Source of the DNA: Eledone cirrhosa
Lineage: Eukaryota
Assembly (NCBI GenBank): GCA_964016885.1
Contig: OZ024740.1
Location: forward strand, 330,708,001 to 330,772,000
Direction: 5' to 3'
Length of the DNA: 64,000 nucleotides
Part shown: positions 53,335 to 64,000 of the stretch, piece by piece
Numbering within the stretch: position 1 is the stretch's first letter
Layout of the letters: every line of letters starts with the position of its first letter
Notes under the pieces: generated by a model
Database searches by the model: none
The model's input: the letters and a program-made list of their open reading frames with translations, nothing else
What the model was told of the DNA's origin: nothing
Made by a program: the position numbers and the translations under genes

Positions 53335-53349
53335 AATAATAATAATAAT

Positions 53350-56243
53350 GCTTTTTATATTAACCACAAGGGTTTACATAAAGTAGACACTAAGGACAGT
53401 ACAGGACAATACAGGAAGGTACAAATGGGCATTTCTGCGTGTAAAAAAACAAAAACAGAGGATGTAACCAAATAATAACAATGAAAAATTCCCCAATAGG
53501 GGGAGACTTCCGAGGGACATTTGTGGAGAAAGCCCATTAAAAGGTCACAGTGACCCTGACCACCAGGGCAAGTGCCCTCTCCCAGTTTTCCACCTTTAAT
53601 TTACAGACACATACTCAGAATAGGCCCATTCACTCGGGCCATATTTGCTTCTCTCACCCATCTTTCAACAAAATGCTGGGAATAGAGCATTTCCCTCTCT
53701 ACCCTGATTTTCCTTTTCAAATGAAATTTGAAAAAGTTAATCAGGGCATCACCGAAGAGGTAAGTGCTCGTCTTCAGCCCTTTCAAACGTGTCCACCATA
53801 CTATCTCTTTCGCCATGACCACCAGACAGATAAAAACTGCCTGCCCTTCGAAATCCTCACGATGGACTCAGCTGATAGCTGGATCCGTCCTACACGTGAC
53901 AGAAGGTGTTCGACATAAACACACAAGTCAGCAATGCTCGGACACTGGACGAGTGCGTGCAGGACGGTTTCGTAGCCCTGCGCGCACCTCGGCCATGTCC
54001 GGCTGACGGCACCTCCATGCCTGTAGAGTTTATCCCGAACTGGCAAGGCTCCTCGGTAGCACTGCCAGGCCAGGGATTTCTGGAAGTTGTCCATAGACCC
54101 CGGCCCGAAAATTCTACCGAAGAGATTGGCTAGTTGATTTTCGTCGACGCCTAGAGTTTTTCCAAGTACGTCGCCGCTCTTCCCCTCCTCTAATCCTCTA
54201 TAGAACGCCAAGGTGGAGTTTCCACCGATCACATTGCCCGATTGGTCGAGGGCTGTGAGCGCCTGAAGACATTCCAGTCTACAAGCGCTCCCTCTCGGTA
54301 TTTGCTTGACCCAGGACTGCAGCTCCGTCAAGGAGACGAGCTGGGGAAAGACACGTCTAGCAAACGGCGACCACACCTGATCACCGTCGAGGAAGAGGTG
54401 GAGATGTCGTAGCCTGAGTGCGTGTCTGCGCATCATCAGCTACGGCATGCCCAGCCCTCCATGTAGCGGGTGTTGACAACAGATGGACCGCCTGACCATC
54501 GGAGCGTGTCCCTTCCACAAAAAGCGAAACAGCAAACGCTCCAGTGCAGTCAGGCGAGGCTTCGGACAAGGTACGACGGTCAGGCGGTAGTAGATGAAGG
54601 ACGCGATGTACGCGTTAGCCACCTCCACTCGACCTTTCAGGGATAGCTTCCTCTCCGCCCATTTCTAGGTGAGAGAAGCCACCCTGCTCGTCACCTCGTC
54701 CCAATTTTTATCTGTCTGGAGGTCCGGACCAAACCAGACCCCTAGCAATTTAACCGGTCCATCCGTCCAGCGCCCGACGACGCTGTTGGACGGCATGGAC
54801 ATGCCTCTCCATGTGCCGAGCTGCAGGCCCACTGACTTTTCCTGGTTGATCATTGCTCCTATCACCACTTAGTATTTGTTAGTGTAGTGTGCATCGCCTC
54901 GATGTGTTTGGCGTTCGACATCACTACGGTGACATCGTCCGCATATATGCTGACACGGATCTTCCGCATCCTAGTATGCGCGGGACCCCCCCCCCCCTCA
55001 ACGTCTCCAGTTTGTGCAGTAATGGCTCGAGAGTCAATACGTACAAGAGGGACGAGAGGGGACATCCTTGGCCTACCGAGCACATGATATTGAACGGTTC
55101 CGAAAGGTGACCGTTCACTCTCACCACAGAGCAGATGTCGCTGTGCATGGCAGCGATGCAGCCTCTGAAGACGGGCCCAAAGCCAGCCGCCCTCAGGACT
55201 GCCGCTAGGTAACGATGGGCGACCCTATCGAAAGCTTTCGACTGATCTAAATTGATCAAGCACCCACCCATGCCAGGTTCCCTAACTACCCTCTCTACGA
55301 TGTATCGCATGAGGTGGAGGTTGTCAAGGATTGATCTGTCGGGAATGGCGCATGTCTGCGCCTCTCCCACCAGACAACAACGACAATCGCCAACCTCTTT
55401 GCTAGCACCTTGGCCAAAATCTTGAACTCTGTGTTTAGCAGAGTTATGGGCCTGACATTATCTATGTTATCCACCTTGTTCGGATCCTTCCTCAGCAGCG
55501 CCACCGCTCCTCGGCTCACAGAGCTGGGAATTCTCCCGTTCTGTTGCCAGTTAAGTAGACGTCCGCCAAGAGGCTTTCGAACAAGTCTGGCATGTGTACG
55601 TAAAGTTCGTAGGGCTGATCATCCAAACCAGGCGATTTACCCATTGTGCAGCCAATCATTGCCTCCCGTACTTCAGCGGTTGTTATCGGCGTTTTGCAAC
55701 ACTGCGCCTCAGTGGCTGAGAGCCGCGGCAGTCCGTCGAGGTAGGCACTAAAGTCCATCCCGCTATCCGGCCCGCCGCTGCCGCCGAACAGCTGGGCGAA
55801 GTGTCACAGAAAAGCTTCACACGTTTGCTCGGGATCGAGTTCCATGGCCCGTCATGGTCCACCAAAGACCGGATCGTGGCTTTGATGTCACGACGCGCCT
55901 ACGTCCACTCGTTTCTGAGAGCACGTGCCCTAGCTCTGACAACGCAGCCTTCGTGCTTTGCATTGAAGAATTGGTCGAGGGCCAATTTCGCCGCAAGCAT
56001 GTCGGTCGCGATGCATTTTCTAAGCGACTCGTCTAATTGTCTAACTAGTTCTCCATCTGCTCTATTTTTCTCTATTGCTAACGCCTTACAAATCGTAATG
56101 GACTCTAAGAGCAAACAACCATTTGTTGTTGACGATGGCGGTATGTTCCAAGAAATGTCTCCAGACAGCGGAAGAAATCAGGCCGCCCTGATCTTGTCGG
56201 GGCATAGACGGCCACAAGCCTGAAATCTTGCCCGTCTCGGCTG
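53350..56243 (-). mobile_element. Tx1-like element G, degraded, 5'-truncated
   Basis: Same family as the B/D ORF2, with many indels and a large deletion near 56130 that joins the linker to APE. (TAA)n at the 3' end only. Confidence 0.9.
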
Positions 56244-58999
56244 AGAAGGATATATTGTACGTACACGTAGAAAGCACCATATGTTAGAGGGGGGGGGGGT
56301 GACATATATAGTGTAGTGTGCAACCCTTGTTTGCGATATACACGATATCGTTTCAGAAGATAATAAGTTAAGTGCATTTCATTTTTGGTGAAAGGCGGTA
56401 AATAGGTCCAATTTCGGATGGAAAATAATGGATGTTTCCAGACAAATGGATCTTTTTCCTAATTTGTATGCGCTTTTTTCCTCTTTTTTTTTTATTTTAA
56501 GGCATACGAGACAGACGAGCGTTAGAATAAATAAATTCAAACCGTGTGTTTCAAAGATATTCTTTTTTCCATAGAGCACTCAGGATAAATCTTTGAACAC
56601 AGAGTTTGTCTGCTATTTATGGCTATACTGCACTGCATAATTGCATATAGCTTCCCATTTGGTATATATAGATGGCTATGTGGTATGTATTTTGTAGCTG
56701 CGTCAGTGTTAAGCCTGAAATGTGTGCTTCCAGAGCCTAAAAACGCTTTAGGTTTAATGCTAATTACATAGCGTATTCATAACTACACAATCTGAAAACG
56801 TGTGTTTATGGCTAAATAGCAATAAGGACGATAACAATTGTAATGTCATTCACGAGAAAATTCAACTCATGTGGGACATACACTCCGTTCCATTTATACC
56901 CCTCAGCTTTTCCTCAGTATTATCACTGTCATGAGAATTCGAATGGATTACTGCTTGTCAAAGAAAAACGATGTACTGAGTAATCGCATTGCTAAAAATG
57001 TAGGCTGTTGTGTTGCGTATTTTTTCAAGTGCGTGTGCAAAATACGCAGTAAATTAAACAACTAGTGACTCTTTCTTGTCTTTACTATGATAGTATTCTA
57101 AATACAACACAACACAGCAAATAAAAGTTATTTGGTCGAATTAACAAAACTTTTACAAAACTAGAAAGTAAATCGTGGAAAAAAAATTCACCGTAGTTTC
57201 AGACATATCTGAATCGTACACCAAACATAACATTATTAGTATAACAACTCTAGAGAAAAATATATCATGATAAGACCAAAAGCACAAAATAAACTGCATT
57301 AGAGATCTATGGATTAATCAGATCATATTGTACAGTGAGCAGCACTCAAAATAACAAAGAAAATAGTTTTTTAAAAAAAAGCAGATTTTATGAAAAGAAA
57401 ATGCAACTTCAATGTTTTGTTTTTCTTTTACTCTGTCTACGCAATGTCATATCATATCTACCTATTTGTTCTACGATTGTTTCTATATTTAGAAATAAGT
57501 TATTTGAACAAACCTAACTTAATGCTAAATTAATTTATTACTGTTGAGCTTAATCAATTCCCGATTGAAGGTAGAGGCCAGCGTTGTAGGAAATAATGTA
57601 AACGAATATCAAATTCAGTCACGTGAGAAGATAATTCACAGGATTTGTTTTCAAAAGAATATGAAACATAATAGTAGCTGTACAAAGGTATTTGTAAACC
57701 AAGATATCTACTAGCATTAATAACACAATTGTATTTATGCAAGGAAAGCAAGGTATATTTACCGTAGACAAATACAAATACAAATACAACAGTTAGACAA
57801 AGAGAAGCAACTTAATATGATATGAATAAACTGGAATTGTGTGGTTTACATTAAACAAAGTATTTATTAATCTTAGAATGAAAACAAAAACAATACAATC
57901 GGTGTAAAGAATCGTCTTTTATTCAGTATGTTTCTGGTATTTAGGTGAATTGATTACTTGAAAGGTTAGAGTGCCTGTGCCTATGTATTTTGTTGATCAC
58001 TCCGTATTTTTATAATATATCTTATCCTGCCGATGTCAGATGCATCATAGCTCAATATAGATTAAATACCAGGCATGTACTTATGTTGACATAATCTCAT
58101 CTGCACACAACTGATGGCTCTGCGTTTATGTTATAAATGATGTATTTATATTTAAATTTATGACAAAAGACTCGAGGAATAAAGTGAATATAATCAATAA
58201 TAAATAATACTGGTGATCATAATATCTTCTTATAAAACATAAAAAAAGATGAACGTGTATAATTATTTGGACCGGAATCTGTTTATTTAGAGACGTGTGA
58301 AAGTGGTTGTTTATTGCTTGTATCTTCCTAGTCGTAACAGCGGATTCTTTAACCATTGAGTATGGGAAATTAGAGATGTGTATAGGAGACTCTTAAAAGA
58401 TGCCGAGAATGGGGCGAATTAAGGAGGTGGAAGGAATCTATGTTCAAAACGGAAACTTATTCCTTGTGCTAGCAAGTGGACTTCGTTCCAGACACACAAA
58501 GACAAGACGATTTCATTCAGATGGCTGTGGAAGATTAATCCGCAACTAGAAAGTATAAGGTCCTTACATCAAATATAAATGATTTTCTTTTTTCTAGAAA
58601 AAGAAATGGTAAGTTATATTTTTATGTTTGGATAGAAATATTGTGAAGTAATGATAATAATTAAGCAAGTTAAAGATATAAGGAAATTATTAAAATATTT
58701 TACAATGATGTAATTAACTGAGAAGAGAAGCGCCTATTTATGCACGTATTTCTACAAAATATAATGTAAAATTCAGTCATATGTGATACATTTTACGAAG
58801 TTTCAAGTGCACTAATACATTAAACAGCCTTGGAAGAAGTAAGATTTAATGTTGGTGCATAATTATGCAGAAAACTGACAACTAATTATTTTATGATGTA
58901 AAATTGGACAAAGTGGAAAGCGTTTTTAAGGTATCAGTAACATGTCTAAATGTACACACAATTACAGACAAACAAATATGCCAATACATAGACATGCAG

Positions 59000-59735
59000 T
59001 CGGGAGGTGAGGACTGCTTTAAAGCTCGAAATGCAATAATATTTTGTGTTAAGCTCGGTAAAACGCTGTAGAATGCTATGTAGAAGCTGCATACGGACTA
59101 ACTTTCATGTGCTAGGTGAATGTTTTCCGCTGGTAAAAGAGGTTCCAAGAAAGCAGGAGGCGTGTATGGGACAATTAGGGGTGTGGCAGTGAGCCAAAGA
59201 CATACGGCCGCCAAATTTGGTCGACAAAATTCGCAAATATCTGGGCGAGGAACGTTGGGCATCTTCTCTGACGTTTTTCAAGCATTTTGATGTGGCTGAG
59301 AGCACTGTACACAGGGTCATTCATAACGATCAGAGTGTGCGTAAGGTTAGTTTCCAGGGTGTTCAATGACTGTCAAATGCAGAGGCACGTAAATGATCAC
59401 TTCAAGTGGATCGCTTCGAATCCAAACGACTTGACTCTCTGGTAACCCATCACGATAGATGGATTTATTTTTAGGATGCAAAGATGAAGACAGAGAGTGC
59501 CCAGTGGAAATATTCTGTCTCCTCAAAAACCAAGAAGTTCAAGGTAAGCAGGTCCACTGGGAAGCTCATGATGATCCCATTCCTCGATAGCAGAGGCATC
59601 ATCTATATCCACTTGGTCACCTAAGGCCAAACATTCTACTAAGAGTACAATGTAGATAATTCGTCACAAGAGACTAGAACTCTTCATATCTAGTTAGTAG
59701 CATCTGCACGCGAACAATGCCCCATGACATAAATC
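59000..59735 (+). mobile_element. Mariner (Tc1/mariner) transposase relic
   Basis: Reads RNAIIFCVKLGKT..AYG..VFRW*KRFQE..STVHRVIH..RKV..WIYF*D..SAQWK..KKFKVSRSTGKLMMIPFLDSRGIIYIH, with stops and frameshifts. TIRs were not identified. Confidence 0.8.
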
Positions 59736-60066
59736 CATCCTGTTGACGAACGAGTATTCCGATAATTTGATCAGAGTTAAATACTGTATTTAAGGTCGAG
59801 TGACGCAACCTCGAGTGATTAGCGGCCTTTAGACTCACATGATCAATGAAACAATTGTTAATAGTTGAAAGAAGAACCCTTATTGTACAGCCGATCATGT
59901 TATTCTTCAATCTTTCACTGTTATTACTCCAAGTATAACCTGAATAGGAATCCTCGCGAACTCGCTACCTAACTATGGAAACATCTTGTTGAGTAAGCCG
60001 TACGTTAAAACTATACAGAGTACTCACAACCTCTAAATGGATTACCTGTAACGATAACTTGTTATC

Positions 60067-60110
<44 letters not shown>

Positions 60111-60115
<5 letters not shown>

Positions 60116-60900
60116 GAAATTTAGTAAAATCGAATCTCTGGCGGTTTGCAAGCAAATTCGGCCTACTTATATGAAATGATGAGTTAGCAAAGCACTCGAT
60201 AAGTTAGGTCCTTAGAGTAATAACATACGTTTAAATAGCTTGACAAATCGAACATTGTGGTAAGCAAAATCTAACACACAATAATATACCAAAGTAACGA
60301 TAGAACTAACAGGTTGAGAAAAATACACCTAGACAAATCAAACGATTTTACGTTTAAAGTGTTTCTTTGAATCCGAAATCAAATATCAGACTTACGTGAC
60401 TTGCAAGCTCGTGGTATTCATGATCGAACGGAGGATTCAGTTTTCAACAGGCTTTTCGTCCTACCTAGAACAGGGGGGATAGGTTAAATGTTGCTGCTAG
60501 AAGCAGCGTATCGTATCTATAGCAGTCACGTGTTAATTCCAGCAAGGGAAATAAACCCCGGTCTTTGGCGGGTCATTCAAAATGTTAGACAAAGAAAATA
60601 TTTTAATTTCCGCTAATCATCATGATAAGCTCTCGACTAGATGTTATAAAACAAACACAAATAATTAACAAATCAACAGAATTATCTAATTAAATTAATT
60701 AGTTAATTATTAAATCTAGGCGAATAATATAATTGGAAATTTAGTAAAATCGAATCTCTGGCGGTTTGCAAGCAAATTCGGCCTACTTATATGAAATGAT
60801 GAGTTAGCGAAGCACTCGATAAGTTAGATCCTTAGAGTAATAACATACGTTTAAATAGCTTGACAAATCGAACATTGTGGTAGGCAAAATCTAACACACA
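60111..60900. mobile_element. Non-coding element with 170 bp terminal direct repeats, between (TA)n tracts
   Basis: 60111-60280 is near-identical to 60731-60900. A diverged inverted solo copy lies at ~62570-62730. Confidence 0.6.
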
Positions 60901-61021
<121 letters not shown>

Positions 61022-62731
61022 TAATTGTAGCTAGGGGAAACATTATTTCCGAAAGCTGAATATTGCAGCAAGTAAAACTCATAATAATTATGTTTAAATC
61101 TATCTAAACGTTTTCTAAAGGGGAAACGAGTAATGAAAGTTAAAATAATATTATACATTCCTCTAAAGCAGGCATTACATTTTAAAGTCTATTTTCATAT
61201 ATCATTGCTGAAATATTTTCCTGAATGTCTTCGAGGGTAATTTGCTAACTGAATATAGGTTTTCGATTATCTTTCCGAGCGATTATGAGAATAGATTTGG
61301 AATAAAAAGCTGAAAATGCATACATACTCTTTGTAATATTATGCAATTCATATTTAGGAAATTGCTAAAATAAAATTACAAGAAAATTGAAGACAGGTTT
61401 ATTCTAAATATAAAAGGAAATTTGAATTCTTAACAATATGTTCACAGAACAGTACATTGATATAACTATATGCAATGACAAATTTTCACTTCAGTGTTTG
61501 CAATCACAGTATGCATATTTGAAATGAAAAAGAAAAGTTATTTAAAAGTCACTTTTACTGTTACATCTTAAAATTGACACATTGATTGCTATTATTGTTT
61601 CCCTCTCAATTGACACCTATATTTAGGATACCATATTGCATTCAGTTGACATTGGCAATACAGAATCCGGGCAATACATCACGTCTTCGGATCTAAACAC
61701 GATTTTGTTATATTGCTACACTATGACCAAGCCTTTAATTCGGTACTACTAATCCAACATCATACTTCTAATATAGGCTCTGTCGTATTTCATCTATTAA
61801 TGAAATTCAATAATTAAGTGGTCACACACCCTCAGATTGGACATTTTCTGATGAGTACCCGCCTCTATGGATTATTGTGCAAGTGTTATTGTTAATAGAC
61901 GGAGGTTCAATTAATCGAACATGAGAAAAGTTTCGTCGTAATAGGAAAAATAAATGTCCGTATATTTCTATAGTTTAATGCCACATAATATGGATATCTC
62001 TTTTTACCGTGGCGGTATCCATCATATTTGAAACCATTTTGGGATGAAAGAAAAAATAATACAAACAATTCTCAAAGTTTATTTCCATGCCTTGTAAATG
62101 AAACATGAAACGACACAACCACAACCACTTTAGAAATCTGAAAAACTATGTACAGTGATTTCATTCTGTTTACGTATCACTCAATGGTAAACTAATATTT
62201 CTATTTGAATATTATTTGTAAACTGAAGCATAAATGTAGATTATTGTCTATGTGTGTGAGAGAGAGAGTGTGTGTGTTTGAGACAGTGTATGGTGTAGGT
62301 TTGTGTGAGATTGCGTGTGTGCGCGTGTATATATATATTCTTCACTCCCTCATTATTAATAATCTTGGAACCGGTTACCTAGGAAATATCTGGAATCGGC
62401 CACCGGAAACCCACAATTAAGTAAACATCTTGTCGAGTCAAACAACGTAGCCTGCTAGAATCATTCACTGTATAGAATACTCATAATCTCTACTTGGACT
62501 GCCTTATACGATACCTCGTTTACTTATATGTATATTTAACCTGTTAGTTTTTTCGTTGCTCTGGTATTGTGTGTTAGGTTTTGCCTACCACAATGTTCAA
62601 ATTGTCAAGCTATTTAAACGTATGTTGTTACTCTAAGGACCTACCCTTATCGAGTGCTTTGCTAACTCATTCATATTGTAGGTCGACTTTGCTTGCCCAC
62701 AGCCAAAGCCTCGATTTTGCTAAGCCTCCAC

Positions 62732-62782
<51 letters not shown>

Positions 62783-62789
<7 letters not shown>

Positions 62790-63240
62790 GTGAGGTTTCT
62801 TTTACAAAATGAAAAATAACCGAGGTGTCCTACACGAGTGAAAGTTTTAAAAAAATGATGAAATCGAAAATGCAACTGGAGTCTTATTTTTAAAAAATAT
62901 ATATATATTTATTTGGTTCCTTTACCGGTTTCATATATGAAAAAACAACCTGACCCCCCTCCCCCCTGTTTGAAGAACTTTGTAACGCGTACTGGCGCGA
63001 AATTTATTATACTTATTGACCAACCAAACAAATTACTTCTCTAAAAACCTGACGTTTCGAGCCACTTTTTTCCATATAAAACCAGTAATATTCAAAGACC
63101 AACCAGATGTGAGAAAAACCACAGACCCTCCATCTCAACTCTACTTTTGAAAAGCAGAAGAACTGCGAAACCTGTAAAGGAACCAAATAAATATATATAT
63201 ATTTTTTTAAATAAGACTCCAGTTGTATTTTCGATTTCAC

Positions 63241-63243
<3 letters not shown>
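62783..63243. mobile_element. Short inverted-repeat element, probably a Penelope-like remnant
   Basis: 62859-62932 is inverted at 63167-63239. Extra tail on the left, (TA)n on both sides, hammerhead-like motif at 63142-63181. Confidence 0.55.
63142..63181 (+). ncRNA. Candidate U3-A8 variant hammerhead ribozyme (degenerate)
   Basis: ctt TTGAAAA gcag-aagaa-ctgc GAAA cctg TA aag. Stem II is perfect, but stem I is only 3 bp. Confidence 0.4.
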
Positions 63244-63617
<374 letters not shown>

Positions 63618-64000
63618 CAATAGCATTGAAAAAGGGAAATTATGATATTGATTGTATACCTTAGTTAGTGAATTTAGTTGATTGGTGTGACAATTGTCTT
63701 GAGATTTCCTCAACACGCATATATCCCATTCATTCGTTATGGAATATTATTATAAATCTATTGAGATTATAGCATCCTATCTCAGCTATCCATCATGGTA
63801 ATGTACGTAGCATTTCGAAGAATTTAACTGTCACAAAGATTACACACTGTTGATGTGGTTTCTAGAATTACAATTTATAAGACTGTCGTTGTTTGTTCTA
63901 TTCACAAAGATACTCTGCATTTTTATAGTGAATGGCTACTTTGAATCACATCATGAAATAAAAGATTATGGTTTGAATATGTATTTGTTTTGAAACACAG

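Noticed and set aside
26485-53349. Repeat-spacer appearance suggesting CRISPR or telomeric repeats
   Set aside because: The repeats are variable-length TAA microsatellites, the spacers are retrotransposons, and the array has ordinary flanks on both sides.

Overview
Eukaryotic, AT-rich, microsatellite-dense DNA with no recognisable host gene. The repeated tRNA-derived SINE resembles the octopus SINE, so the source is probably a cephalopod (inference). The centre (22.3-56.2 kb) is an almost gap-free 34 kb array of non-LTR retrotransposons joined by (TAA)n tracts. Seven L1-clade Tx1-like copies (ORF1 zinc knuckle; APE-RT-CCHC ORF2) all lie on the minus strand. Five R4/Dong-like restriction-like-endonuclease (RLE) copies all lie on the plus strand. 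Notable details: a perfect GTAAGT splice donor overlapping or next to the ORF1 stop in every full-length Tx1 copy; a covarying 3' stem-loop that the Tx1 copies share with the local SINE; and apparent ORF1 swapping on a near-identical ORF2. The flanks hold Penelope-like elements set in (TA)n with inverted terminal repeats and hammerhead ribozyme motifs, an old RTE LINE, a mariner relic and SINEs. Coordinates were read by eye and may be off by a few bases. No searches or alignments were run.
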